Shown piece by piece: positions 24,386 through 34,218 of a DNA stretch of 64,000 bases. The first letter of the stretch is position 1. Each line of letters begins with the position of its first letter. Source of the DNA: Candidatus Planktophila sp. (GTDB lineage: Bacteria > Actinomycetota > Actinomycetes > Nanopelagicales > Nanopelagicaceae); contig JBIJAA010000002.1 in NCBI GenBank assembly GCA_044346015.1, forward strand, positions 43,960 to 107,959, written 5' to 3'. The notes below the pieces were generated by a model that saw nothing but the letters and a program-made list of their open reading frames with translations, was not told the origin of the DNA and did not search any database. Position numbers and translations under genes: made by a program.

Positions 24386-25563
24386 TTATCATCCTTAGAA
24401 AGAAAGCGACTCCATGAACGAGTATCCGACGCTAACTTCACTTTTTCGCTACCTACGATGGACATCTCATATACGGAGAAAATTTGCTTTGCCACGATAT
24501 CCCAGTCAAAACTTTGACCGCGGGAGCGACCCACTTGTGCTAGTTGCGCTCTCTTGTCTTGATCACGCAATAGATCTATTACCACTTTGGCAAGATCGGT
24601 GGAATCTTCTGAAGCAAACAAAGCACCGAATTCTCCATGCCCTAACAAATCATCAAATGCGGGAATATCACTTGCAACCACACAAGCACCTCCAGCCAAG
24701 GCCTCTGCCAAAATGATGCCGAAAGATTCGCCTCCAGTATTTGGTGCAACATATATTGCAATGGATGACATGAAGTTTGCTTTATCTTGCTCAGAAATTT
24801 TCCCCAAGAAAGTGAAGCGATGTCGCAATTGCGGATCGATACTCTTTTGCACTTCAGATGGATCACCTGGTCCAGCGACCACGACCTTCACATCTGGGGC
24901 AAACCTTGCGATCATGGGCAAAGCCTCGAGCAAGACACTTAATCCCTTTCGCGGTTCTTCATATCTACCTATAAAACCAATCGTATTTCCTTGCCACTGT
25001 GGTTGTGGAGTTCCTTGGCTGTAATGAGATGCAAAAATTCCATTAGGAATCACCACCGCATCTGTGTCCAAATGGTCTGTAAGTGTTAAACGAGCCGCTT
25101 CCGACACAGCAATTCGGGCTGAAAGCTTTTCAATAGCAGGCTCAAGGATTGGACCGATCGCAAATATTATTTTTTGTCTCTTTGAAGCGGCATGAAAAGT
25201 GCCGATCATTGGTCCATCAGCTGCCCAACACGCAAGTAATGAGATTGAAGGAATCGCTGGCTCATGCAAATGCAACAGATCAAAATCACCATTAGCGATC
25301 CATTGACGCACACGTGAAAATGCGACCGGTCCAAAGAGAACGCGAGCAACTGCGCCGTTATAAGGAATTGCAATTGGCTTACCAGCATTCACGACATAGC
25401 TTGGCAAATTTTCATCATCTGCCGCTGGAGCCAGGACCGAAACTTCATGTCCTGCTGAAATTAAAAATTCGGCCAAGTCCCGAATATGGTTTTGCACACC
25501 GCCGGGTGTATCCCAACTATATGGACAGACAATTCCGATTTTCAAAGATCTAGTCAGCATCAC
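24382..25563 (-). CDS. pimA: phosphatidyl-myo-inositol alpha-mannosyltransferase (GT4)
   Basis: VCPYSWDTPGGVQ.H, PYNGAVAR, EPRKG, GGESFGIILAEA. Confidence 0.93.
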   Translation of the reverse strand: MMLTRSLKIGIVCPYSWDTPGGVQNHIRDLAEFLISAGHEVSVLAPAADDENLPSYVVNAGKPIAIPYNGAVARVLFGPVAFSRVRQWIANGDFDLLHLHEPAIPSISLLACWAADGPMIGTFHAASKRQKIIFAIGPILEPAIEKLSARIAVSEAARLTLTDHLDTDAVVIPNGIFASHYSQGTPQPQWQGNTIGFIGRYEEPRKGLSVLLEALPMIARFAPDVKVVVAGPGDPSEVQKSIDPQLRHRFTFLGKISEQDKANFMSSIAIYVAPNTGGESFGIILAEALAGGACVVASDIPAFDDLLGHGEFGALFASEDSTDLAKVVIDLLRDQDKRAQLAQVGRSRGQSFDWDIVAKQIFSVYEMSIVGSEKVKLASDTRSWSRFLSKDDK

Positions 25564-26444
25564 ACACGCTCCACAAAGTCACCATCGGTCCAAATTCGTT
25601 GCAGCATATGCCAATCTTCTGGATGCGAGGCAATTCCTTCTTGGAAATGTTGAGCTGTGATCTGAACAATTTGATCCACTTTTTCACTGTCACTTCCCAA
25701 TGCCGGAAGTACTACCTCTTTAAAATCGATATGTATTCCAGAATCTGTATAAGAAACAAATGCCGTGATCAACGGAGCATCTGTTTTCAGCGCAAGAAGA
25801 GCTGGGCCAGCCGGCATGCGAGAAGGCCCTCCAAAGAAATCAACTGTGATGCCGGAGCGAGACAAATCTCGGTCGGCAACTAGCGCCACAAGTGAACCCT
25901 GTCTTAGTCGTTGTGCCAAAACTCCCATGACTTTGCCATCCAAGGGTAAGACTTCCATTCCCATAGATTTTCTATACTCCAAAAACTTTAAAAACAATTT
26001 CTCAGGTTTTAACCGCTCGGCAACTGTTACAAGATGAATGCCCTTTGCGCAAAAATATGCGCCGGCATGATCCCAATTGCCAGCGTGTGGCAGGGAAACT
26101 ATGACCCCTGTTTTAGCAGCTATGGCATTTAACAATAGGTGCTCATTGGTGACACTGACTGTCTCGCGAACCCGCGCTAGTGACCAATCTGGAAATCTAA
26201 AGGTGTCACACCAATAACGCATATAGGAGCGCATGCCTTTTATAACTAAGGTATCTAAATCACCTTCCGAAATACCTGGCTGCGTGCGGAGTAAATTAGA
26301 TCTCAGGCGTGAAACATTCTTACCATTGCGCTTAGTGAGAAAATCGGCAACGGCGTAAGCAAACCGGTATGCCACTTTCTCTGGCAACCATCGGACTATG
26401 CGCCAACCAGCAAAATAGGCATAGGCTGCTAAGTTTTCCTTCAC
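25560..26444 (-). CDS. patA: phosphatidylinositol mannoside acyltransferase
   Basis: PHAGNWD, TVAERLKPE, ADRD, DWHMLQ; between pgsA and pimA. Confidence 0.9.
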   Translation of the reverse strand: MKENLAAYAYFAGWRIVRWLPEKVAYRFAYAVADFLTKRNGKNVSRLRSNLLRTQPGISEGDLDTLVIKGMRSYMRYWCDTFRFPDWSLARVRETVSVTNEHLLLNAIAAKTGVIVSLPHAGNWDHAGAYFCAKGIHLVTVAERLKPEKLFLKFLEYRKSMGMEVLPLDGKVMGVLAQRLRQGSLVALVADRDLSRSGITVDFFGGPSRMPAGPALLALKTDAPLITAFVSYTDSGIHIDFKEVVLPALGSDSEKVDQIVQITAQHFQEGIASHPEDWHMLQRIWTDGDFVERV

Positions 26445-27038
26445 TTATTTGGCTCGCTTAACGATCAACATTCTTTGAGCAACTGTATAGGTACCAAGTA
26501 AAGCTAATAACCACATGCCTATAGCCAAGATAAATGGAACTCCTAGGCCTTCTAGTCCGATAGCAACTAAGGAAAGAATTAATCTTTCTGTGCGTTCGGC
26601 AATGCCACCTGAGCAAGCAATGCCCATACTTTCAGCTTTTGCTCGAATATACGGAACTAACATTCCGGTAACCAACGTGACCATGACTACCCATGAGAGT
26701 GGATCATCATTGTCAATCAAATAAATTGCCACGCCAACTAGAATTGCAGAATCTGTAATCCGATCGATTGTCGAGTCAAGAAAGCCTCCCCATTGACTTG
26801 AGCCCTTCTGTGAAATTCGTGCCATGGTTCCATCAAATAAATCACTCAGGGCCATCACGCTGATTATCACTGTGCCAATTAGGAAATCACCTCTTGGATA
26901 AAAGAATAAAGCCGATGCCACCACACCTATGGCTCCGGTCCAGGTCACCGCATTGGGCGTAATGCCAATACGCAAGGCAGCTTTAGCCACCGGGGTAATA
27001 ACCCGAGTGACCGCTGGCTTCAAACGCACACTTAACAT
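26445..27038 (-). CDS. pgsA: phosphatidylinositol phosphate synthase (CDP-alcohol phosphatidyltransferase)
   Basis: TPNAVT, DLFDGTMAR...GGFLDSTIDR, YIRAKAE; start ATG 27038. Confidence 0.92.
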   Translation of the reverse strand: MLSVRLKPAVTRVITPVAKAALRIGITPNAVTWTGAIGVVASALFFYPRGDFLIGTVIISVMALSDLFDGTMARISQKGSSQWGGFLDSTIDRITDSAILVGVAIYLIDNDDPLSWVVMVTLVTGMLVPYIRAKAESMGIACSGGIAERTERLILSLVAIGLEGLGVPFILAIGMWLLALLGTYTVAQRMLIVKRAK

Positions 27039-27062
27039 CAAGGACCATCGTAGGCTGAGCCA

Positions 27063-27647
27063 GTGCAATCTCAAATCAACGACCTGCGAATTCATGTCTA
27101 TGGCCACGGCAGTGCCGATCCGGCACAAGTGGCCACAGTCTTTAACGCTCAATTTTCTGAAATTGCCGAACCAGAATCAGACTTAGCGATCTTTGCTATC
27201 GACCCTTCTGCGGGCATAGACCAGGCAACCATTGATTTGTGGCAATCCCTTGATGAGTATCAAGTTCCTCGCCTTGTGGTGGTGACCCACTTAGAAAAAC
27301 TTGAAGCAGATTTCGATGACGCTGTAATGATCGCAACTCGTGTTTTCGACCAAATGACCACACCATATTTAGTTTTGCATGATGAAGCGGGAATGCCTGC
27401 CGCTCTGATCGGTTTAGCCGATCTCCAAATAATCGATTACTCAACACAACCAAGTGTTTCCAGAAGTAGCGATGCAGAACATAAAACCTTGGTGCAAGAG
27501 TTTCGCGACGAGTATTTAGAGTTGGTTGCAGCTGCAGGAGATAACGCATTTAGTGCAGGATTATTGTTTCCAGCAATTCCCTTGTGGATAGAACGTGGAA
27601 TTGGAATAGATATTGTTGAAGGATTTATACAACAGTTAGTCGAGTAA
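27063..27647 (+). CDS. stand-alone degenerate G domain derived from EF-G-like protein EF-G2
   Basis: DLAIFAIDPSAGIDQAT..LW, PRLVVVTHLE..ADFD, PYLVLH, LIGL...IIDYS and GLLFP...GIG resemble the EF-G2 G domain; occupies the EF-G2 position between pgsA and HIT; no GKT or DTPG. Confidence 0.75.
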   Translation: MQSQINDLRIHVYGHGSADPAQVATVFNAQFSEIAEPESDLAIFAIDPSAGIDQATIDLWQSLDEYQVPRLVVVTHLEKLEADFDDAVMIATRVFDQMTTPYLVLHDEAGMPAALIGLADLQIIDYSTQPSVSRSSDAEHKTLVQEFRDEYLELVAAAGDNAFSAGLLFPAIPLWIERGIGIDIVEGFIQQLVE

Positions 27648-28175
27648 CTACCAGGCGGAAGAAATTTCAGCACGAGTAATTGTTAGCAACTGTGGAAGCA
27701 CCTTAGTTTGACCAATTATTGGCATGAAGTTCGCATCCCCGCTCCACCTAGGAACTACGTGTTGATGGATATGTTCTGCAACCCCTGCTCCTGAAATTGC
27801 GCCTTGATTCATACCCAAGTTAAAGCCTTCTGGTTTTGAAACCTTTCGAATTGTTCTCATGGCATGAGCAGTTAACTCGCTAATTTCATTTCGCTCTTGC
27901 TCTGTTAAATCCGTTAGATCTGGAAGGTGACGATATGCGCAGATCAATAGATGTCCAGGGTTGTATGGATATAGATTCATGACAACGTATGCGGTAGCGC
28001 CTCGGTGAACGATCAGACCTTCTTCATCAGACAAAGTTGGAATTCTGCAAAATGGACACACAACATCATTTCCTTCTAAGGGACGATTTTCTCCCAGCAA
28101 ATATTCCAATCGGTGCGGCGCCCAAAGACGTTGCCAACCATCAGGCATCCCTGTCCCATCAAGGCTATTACTCAC
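27648..28175 (-). CDS. HIT-family Ap4A phosphorylase-like protein
   Basis: CPFC, NLYPYNPGH, HIHQH triad, PRW.GDANF; follows thrS. Confidence 0.9.
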   Translation of the reverse strand: MSNSLDGTGMPDGWQRLWAPHRLEYLLGENRPLEGNDVVCPFCRIPTLSDEEGLIVHRGATAYVVMNLYPYNPGHLLICAYRHLPDLTDLTEQERNEISELTAHAMRTIRKVSKPEGFNLGMNQGAISGAGVAEHIHQHVVPRWSGDANFMPIIGQTKVLPQLLTITRAEISSAW

Positions 28176-28178
28176 AGA

Positions 28179-30167
28179 TCAAACCTGAGTTCGTTCCTGC
28201 ACTACCTTTTTGATTTCCGCGATAGCCTCTTTAATAGGAATGCCATTTTTCTGTTCGCCATTGCGGTAGCGGAAGGAGACTGCGCCAGCTTTCTGGTCTT
28301 CCTCACCAGCTATGACCATGAAGGGAATCTTTTGCATTTGGGCGTTACGAACCTTCTTTTGCATTCGATCATCTGAGGAATCAAGCTCTGCGCGGATGCC
28401 AGCTTTACGCATTTGTTGAATCACATCACCCAAATAATCTCCGAAAGTATCTGCCACGGGAATACCGATGGCTTGGACAGGTGCTAGCCATGGTGGAAAC
28501 GCACCACTGTAGTGCTCAGTTAGAACACCAAAGAAACGTTCAATAGATCCAAACAAAGCACGGTGAATCATTACTGGGCGTTGTCTCGTTCCATCTGTGG
28601 CTGAATACTCCAACTCAAAGCGTTGTGGCAATTGGAAATCAACTTGGATCGTCGACATCTGCCATGTGCGACCGATTGCATCTTTTGCTTGCACCGAAAT
28701 CTTTGGTCCATAAAATGCCGCGCCGCCTTCATCCAGCACTAACTCTAGATTCTGAGCAGTTGCCGCTTTTCGAAGTGCCTCGGTCGCCTCGGCCCAATCT
28801 GAATCTTCTCCAACAAATTTTTCTGGATTCTTTGTCGATAACTCTAGATAGAAATCATTTAAGCCGTAATCGCGCAAAAGATTAAGTACGAAAGTAAGTA
28901 GTGAATCAAGTTCGCCAACCATTTGCTCTTTTGTGCAATAAATATGTGCATCATCCTGGGTGAATCCTCGAGCACGTGTGATGCCATGTAAGACACCAGA
29001 CTTTTCATAACGATAGACAGTTCCAAACTCAAAAAGACGCAATGGAAGTTCGCGATATGAACGGCCACGAGATCTGTAGATCAGATTGTGGAATGGGCAG
29101 TTCATCGGCTTCATGTAGTACTGCTGACCTGCGCGCTTAACGGTGCCGTCTGCGTTGTACTCTTCATCCAAAATCATTGGTGGATACATTCCATCGGCAT
29201 ACCACTGTAGGTGGCCCGAAGTTTCAAACAATGCTGCCTTGGTTAAATGTGGCGAGTAAACAAAATCATAACCTTCTTCTTCATGGCGAATGCGTGAGTA
29301 ATCCTCCATCGCACGTCGAACAATTCCACCCTTGGGATGGAAAACTGCCAAGCCCGAACCAATCTCCTCCGGAAATGAAAATAAATCTAGTTCCGTACCC
29401 AAACGTCGATGGTCACGCTTTTCAGCCTCTGCAAGAAGTTCTAAATATGCATTGAGTTCATCTTGTGATGGCCAGGCAGTTCCGTAAATACGTTGCAGCA
29501 TAGGATTTTTCTCAGAACCTCGCCAATATGCAGCGGCAGTCCTCATTAACTTAAATGCAGGAATGTGTTTTGTAGAAGGTAGATGAGGACCTCGACATAA
29601 ATCACTCCACACAGGATTGCCATCGCGGCCGAGATTGTCATAAATAGTTAATTCAGATCCGCCTACTTCAACAGATGCTTCTTCACCAGCCGGGCCTTTA
29701 ATACCAATGAGTTCACACTTATAAGGCTCATGGGCAAGCTCTTTCAACGCTTCTGCCTCTGTTGTCACACGGCGCTTGAAGCGTTGCCCCTCTTTGATGA
29801 TCTTGCGCATCGCACTTTCAATTTTTGTTAGATCATCTGGATTGAAAGTATTTTCTGGGTCAAAGTCATAATAAAAACCATCTTTAATTGGAGGGCCGAT
29901 ACCAAGTCGAGTGTTTGCATACACTTCCTGCACGGCTTGTGCCATTACATGCGCTGTAGAGTGTCGAAGTACCGCTAAACCATCTGGTGAAGAAATTGAA
30001 ATCCCTTCAATTACATCCCCATCTACAAGATCAGTCCACAAATCCTTGAGAACGCCATTTACCTTACAGACCACAATCTCTTTGTTGTCAGCAAAGATCT
30101 GAGTAGGTCGCTGATCGGTCTCTATCTGGACCTTCGCGCCATCTACAGTGACTGATATCTGGGACAT
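28179..30167 (-). CDS. thrS: threonyl-tRNA synthetase
   Basis: RHSTAH, DLCRGPH, KPMNCP, QDDAH, IHRA. Confidence 0.98.
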   Translation of the reverse strand: MSQISVTVDGAKVQIETDQRPTQIFADNKEIVVCKVNGVLKDLWTDLVDGDVIEGISISSPDGLAVLRHSTAHVMAQAVQEVYANTRLGIGPPIKDGFYYDFDPENTFNPDDLTKIESAMRKIIKEGQRFKRRVTTEAEALKELAHEPYKCELIGIKGPAGEEASVEVGGSELTIYDNLGRDGNPVWSDLCRGPHLPSTKHIPAFKLMRTAAAYWRGSEKNPMLQRIYGTAWPSQDELNAYLELLAEAEKRDHRRLGTELDLFSFPEEIGSGLAVFHPKGGIVRRAMEDYSRIRHEEEGYDFVYSPHLTKAALFETSGHLQWYADGMYPPMILDEEYNADGTVKRAGQQYYMKPMNCPFHNLIYRSRGRSYRELPLRLFEFGTVYRYEKSGVLHGITRARGFTQDDAHIYCTKEQMVGELDSLLTFVLNLLRDYGLNDFYLELSTKNPEKFVGEDSDWAEATEALRKAATAQNLELVLDEGGAAFYGPKISVQAKDAIGRTWQMSTIQVDFQLPQRFELEYSATDGTRQRPVMIHRALFGSIERFFGVLTEHYSGAFPPWLAPVQAIGIPVADTFGDYLGDVIQQMRKAGIRAELDSSDDRMQKKVRNAQMQKIPFMVIAGEEDQKAGAVSFRYRNGEQKNGIPIKEAIAEIKKVVQERTQV

Positions 30168-30171
30168 GGCC

Positions 30172-30930
30172 TTAGCCTACCGAAGTCCTTAGCGCCATCG
30201 CTTGTATTTCATCCCTGAATTCAGGTGATTGGGATAATTCTCGACCATCAATTGATGCGATCGACTGAGCTATTCGAAGACTACTTAACAAGAATGCAGA
30301 TTCAATACTCTCTATTTCAGAAACCGCGATGGAGCGCACCATGACATCGCAATTTTCGATAACTAACGCACGCATGATCCCGGGCAAGACTCCATCAGAA
30401 AGTGGTGGAGTGCACCATGTTCCTGCAATCTTAAGAAGCAGGTTGCTAACTGATCCCTCGCACACTCTCCCATCTGTGCTAATCACCAATGCCTCATCGA
30501 ATCCACGCTCCCGCGCTTGCTCAAGAATTTCAAGGCGATGGTTGTATGGAAAACTCTTCACGGGAACACCTTCGACGACAAGTGGCACGGGATGCTTGCC
30601 CACCTTTGCAGCCGAAGCATGTTCCTCATATCCCAGATGAACCACGGCCCAATTTCCTTGCGCGTCAAATGACACTCGCAAAAGACCCCTCGGGTGAAAT
30701 TCTGCTTCAAGCAACACCGCAATTGAATCCCGCACTCGTTCTTCGCTAGGCAAGGCAATACTTTCTTTAAGCGCAGAATTAACAGCCCTGCGCATGTGGC
30801 GAGATAGAGCCCAAGGTTTTCCGTCAACGGTTTTTATAGTTTCAAAAATACCAGCGCCATCCAACCAGCCAAGAGGTGAACACTGTGATTGATCTAGCGG
30901 GACAAGAGTTCCATTCATTATCACTTTCAT
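30172..30930 (-). CDS. pabC: aminotransferase class IV (aminodeoxychorismate lyase-like)
   Basis: GIFET, RH.RR, KS..Y, EG..SN, LPGIMR; coupled to the pabB-like gene. Confidence 0.75.
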   Translation of the reverse strand: MKVIMNGTLVPLDQSQCSPLGWLDGAGIFETIKTVDGKPWALSRHMRRAVNSALKESIALPSEERVRDSIAVLLEAEFHPRGLLRVSFDAQGNWAVVHLGYEEHASAAKVGKHPVPLVVEGVPVKSFPYNHRLEILEQARERGFDEALVISTDGRVCEGSVSNLLLKIAGTWCTPPLSDGVLPGIMRALVIENCDVMVRSIAVSEIESIESAFLLSSLRIAQSIASIDGRELSQSPEFRDEIQAMALRTSVG

Positions 30931-31919
30931 AATAAATCTCCCCCAGCGATACTGATCAATCTCCTCGCCTTAAGTTGGGTTTCTTCCCATTCAGAATGAG
31001 CGTCGCTGCTCCAGGTGATACCAGCTCCTGTTCCAAAATTAATCTGTGAATCTTTCCAAAAAGTGCGAATTGCAACTGCAAGGCAGGCTTGATCTCCTTG
31101 CACCCAACCTAATGCGCCGCAGTATGGTCCTCTCGCGACTTCATTCTCAGCAATGACCTGCGTTGCAGATGACTTTGGTGCACCGCTTACTGAACCTGGT
31201 GGTGAAAGAGCAGAAAAGATCTGACTCCAAGAAACATCCTCCAGTAACTCTCCTTGAATATCAGAAACAAGATGCTGCAAACCTGGGTGCTCCTCACTTG
31301 ATAGAAGTCGAGGCACTTCAATGCTTCCACTCTTGCAAATGCGACCTAAATCATTTCGCATGAGATCAACGATCATCACATTTTCTGCTTGGTCTTTAAC
31401 CCCAAATTGTTGAGAGTTGGAGGGCTGAGTTCCTTTTATTGGTGAAGTTTTCACCGTCGAACCACTCCGGCTTAGGAAAAGTTCAGGTGATGCCGATGCG
31501 ATCATCACACCGGGAATTTCAAAATAGCTAGCCCAAGGTGCAGGATTATTTTTTAAGATCTCCGAAAAAAGACCACGTAGTGATTGACCATCATCAGGAT
31601 GACTCAAACGTCTACAGGCATTGACTTGATAGACCCAACCCTGTGCTACTGCGCTGCGAATTCTTTCCACATATCCGACGTATTGATCGCTATCTAAAGA
31701 GGAACTCCACTCACCTTGTAGACGTATCCACGTGGATTCTGGAAATGGGGAATCAACAACAGTTGCAAAGCGCGCAGCTGTAAATGCATTTTCAAAAGTT
31801 GTTGAAACCGCCCAGAACCCACCATCGTTTAAGCACTCTGGGTCATGGGAAACTTCGATCAGGTCGGTAGCTAGCCTGCCGCCCATCCAAAACAGTGATG
31901 AATTTTCCCCATATGGCAC
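30927..31919 (-). CDS. pabB: chorismate-binding protein (aminodeoxychorismate synthase component I-like)
   Basis: YQVN, SASPELF, PIKGT, KDQAENVMIVDLMRNDLGR, PPGSVSGAPK. Confidence 0.8.
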   Translation of the reverse strand: MPYGENSSLFWMGGRLATDLIEVSHDPECLNDGGFWAVSTTFENAFTAARFATVVDSPFPESTWIRLQGEWSSSLDSDQYVGYVERIRSAVAQGWVYQVNACRRLSHPDDGQSLRGLFSEILKNNPAPWASYFEIPGVMIASASPELFLSRSGSTVKTSPIKGTQPSNSQQFGVKDQAENVMIVDLMRNDLGRICKSGSIEVPRLLSSEEHPGLQHLVSDIQGELLEDVSWSQIFSALSPPGSVSGAPKSSATQVIAENEVARGPYCGALGWVQGDQACLAVAIRTFWKDSQINFGTGAGITWSSDAHSEWEETQLKARRLISIAGGDLL

Positions 31920-31987
31920 GGGCTAACGCTAACCAATCAACCTCGCTTTGGCGCTTACGGCTCTCCTGCGATAGATTTGCCCTCCTC

Positions 31988-32060
31988 GCGGACGTAGCGC
32001 AGTTGGTAGCGCGGAACCTTGCCAAGGTTCAGGTCGCCGGTTCGAACCCGGTCGTCCGCT
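31988..32060 (+). tRNA. tRNA-Gly(GCC)
   Basis: Cloverleaf with GCGGACG/CGTCCGC acceptor, anticodon GCC 32021-32023, GGTTCGAACC T-loop. Confidence 0.97.
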
Positions 32061-32120
32061 CTGATATTCGCCGTTTGATTGATCTCTCTAGGGAATGAAA
32101 TCTAACGGCGATATTTATAT

Positions 32121-32194
32121 GGTCGGGTGGCCGAGAGGCGAGGCAAGGGACTGCAAATCCCTCTACACGGGTTCAAATCCCGTCCCGACCTCCA
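32121..32194 (+). tRNA. tRNA-Cys(GCA), CCA encoded
   Basis: GGTCGGG/CCCGACC acceptor, anticodon GCA 32153-32155, U73, then CCA. Confidence 0.96.
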
Positions 32195-32241
32195 TGATTA
32201 GTGGAAGAGTTCGCTCTATACCTAACGGAGGAAGTCAGAAA

Positions 32242-32586
32242 ATGTCTGCAGATGATTCAACAAGACCCTGGGGTCGGTATGAAGTTTTGCAAGAGAGCGA
32301 TTTCCATAAAGTTAAGTGCATCTATGTAACTCCAGGCACACGTCTTTCCTATCAGCGTCATCAAAAGCGTCGGGAACATTGGTTCATTGTCTCCGGTGTT
32401 GCAACTGTCGTCATCGAGGGTGAAACCTTTGAGAAGCTTCCGGGTGAAACAGTAAGTGTTGAAGCAGGTCAACTACATCGCATCGGCAATCGAGGCAGCG
32501 AAGAACTAATCTTTGTCGAAATCCAAACTGGAACATATTTTGGTGAAGATGATATTGAGCGAATTGAGGATGATTACGCCCGATAA
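32242..32586 (+). CDS. mannose-6-phosphate isomerase type II C-terminal cupin
   Basis: RPWGRY, LSYQRH..R.EHW, EIQTG.YFGEDDI.R.EDDY.R; ATG 32242 after GGAGG. Confidence 0.88.
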   Translation: MSADDSTRPWGRYEVLQESDFHKVKCIYVTPGTRLSYQRHQKRREHWFIVSGVATVVIEGETFEKLPGETVSVEAGQLHRIGNRGSEELIFVEIQTGTYFGEDDIERIEDDYAR

Positions 32587-32614
32587 AGCACTGTTGTATA
32601 GTTCAACCCAGCAA

Positions 32615-32686
32615 GGATCGTTGGCTCAGCGGTAGAGCACCACATTGACATTGTGGGGGTCACTGGTTCGATCCCAGTACGGTCCA
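32615..32686 (+). tRNA. tRNA-Val(GAC)
   Basis: GGATCGT/ACGGTCC acceptor, anticodon GAC 32647-32649, GGTTCGATCC T-loop; TATAGT at 32597-32602 upstream. Confidence 0.96.
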
Positions 32687-32780
32687 CTTACATAAGAGAT
32701 GCCTCACATTCAGCGCATATAACCCCTAAATTCGCAATGCCTACTCGCGAGTTCGGCTCGTGGATCTTTACAGTTCACGC

Positions 32781-34211
32781 ATGACTAAAGAGATTAAATA
32801 CCCAATGATTATTCAAGGAGGCATGGGTATTGCCGTCTCTTCATGGCAATTGGCAAAACAAGTTGCAATTGCAGGTGAACTTGGAGTCATCTCAGGAACT
32901 GCAATCGATTCTGTTATTGCTCGTCGCCTTCAAGATGGCGATCCTTCAGGCGATATTCGTCGGGCTATGTCGCACTTTCCTAACAAGAAGACAATTGATG
33001 AAATCATGGACCGCTTCTTTATCGAAGGTGGCCGGGCGCCAGATAAGCCATATTTAGATGTTCCAAAATTGAGCATCAAGGGAAATCTCTTTTCAAATAA
33101 TCTTCTGGCTGTTTCAAGTTTTGTGGAAGTTTGGCTTGCCAAAGAGGGCCATCAAGGTCTTATAGGAATGAATATTCTGGAAAAGATTCAGTTAGCCATT
33201 CCGGCCCAGCTATACGGTGCGATGTTGGCCGAGGCTGATTACATTTTGATCGGTGCTGGCATCCCGGCTCAAATTCCACATTTACTCAATGAGATATCTG
33301 TTGGCAATAAGGTAGCTATGAAAGTTGAAGTTGCCGATACAAAAGATAAGCATTACCTGCACTTTGATCCACGCACACTTGGGATCGACAACTTCCCGGT
33401 CAAGCGCCCACAATTTTTGGCAATCGTTTCATCTCATGCGTTAGTTGCATACTTAAATAAAGATGTAGAAACCAAGCCGGATGGTTTTGTAATTGAATAC
33501 CACGTGGCCGGAGGACACAACGCTCCCCCGCGGGCAAAGAATGCAATTGATGAGAACGGTGAAGCAATCTACAACGATCAAGATATCCCCAATCTTGAAA
33601 AGATCCTGGCATCTGGTTCTCCGTTTTGGCTAGCAGGAGGTTTTGCAACACCCGCAAAGCTAGTTGAAGCTATTTCTTACGGTGCTAAAGGGGTCCAAGT
33701 AGGTTCTGTTTTTGCTCTATCTAATGAATCTGGATTTACAGATGAGAATAGATCCACTGTTCTTATCTCTCTTGGCGATCCCAATATGCGAGTTCTAACT
33801 GATGCAAGTGCATCGCCTACTGGTTTCCCTTTTAAGGTGATTCAGAATAATCAAACACTCTCAAATGACAATCTCTATAAAGAGAGAATGCGAATTTGCG
33901 ATCTAGGGTATTTGCGCACTATGTATCAACGTGAAAAGGGCGGGATTGGATATCGCTGCCCTGCCGAGCCTCTCGACAATTATGAATTCAAAAACGGTGA
34001 AGTAGAACAAGCTCAAGGTTCAAAGTGTTTATGCAATGCGCTCATGGCAGATATTGGATTAGGTCAACGCAGACCTGATGGACGAACTGAGATTTCACTA
34101 TTAACTTTTGGCTCTGATCTTGAAGGACCTCGCGCAATGCGTGCGAAGTACCCAAATGGTTGGAATGCAGTCGAGGCAATCAATTTCCTGAAGGAACTAA
34201 TCCCCCACTAA
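32781..34211 (+). CDS. nitronate monooxygenase/FabK-like FMN oxidoreductase with a Cys-rich C-terminus
   Basis: IIQGGMG, AGGHN, GVQVGS, SPTGFPF, CDLGYL, YRCP, KCLCN. Confidence 0.8.
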   Translation: MTKEIKYPMIIQGGMGIAVSSWQLAKQVAIAGELGVISGTAIDSVIARRLQDGDPSGDIRRAMSHFPNKKTIDEIMDRFFIEGGRAPDKPYLDVPKLSIKGNLFSNNLLAVSSFVEVWLAKEGHQGLIGMNILEKIQLAIPAQLYGAMLAEADYILIGAGIPAQIPHLLNEISVGNKVAMKVEVADTKDKHYLHFDPRTLGIDNFPVKRPQFLAIVSSHALVAYLNKDVETKPDGFVIEYHVAGGHNAPPRAKNAIDENGEAIYNDQDIPNLEKILASGSPFWLAGGFATPAKLVEAISYGAKGVQVGSVFALSNESGFTDENRSTVLISLGDPNMRVLTDASASPTGFPFKVIQNNQTLSNDNLYKERMRICDLGYLRTMYQREKGGIGYRCPAEPLDNYEFKNGEVEQAQGSKCLCNALMADIGLGQRRPDGRTEISLLTFGSDLEGPRAMRAKYPNGWNAVEAINFLKELIPH

Positions 34212-34218
34212 AGCATCT

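Noticed and set aside
27039-27152. pgsA N-terminal extension overlapping the mini G-domain gene head-to-head
   Set aside because: The family N-terminus fits ATG 27038; the same applies to the over-extended track starts of aroC, trpD, ctaC, pepA and the aldo/keto reductase.
32095-32241. N-terminal extension of the cupin ORF running through tRNA-Cys
   Set aside because: It overlaps a canonical tRNA; homology and an SD-preceded ATG start at 32242.
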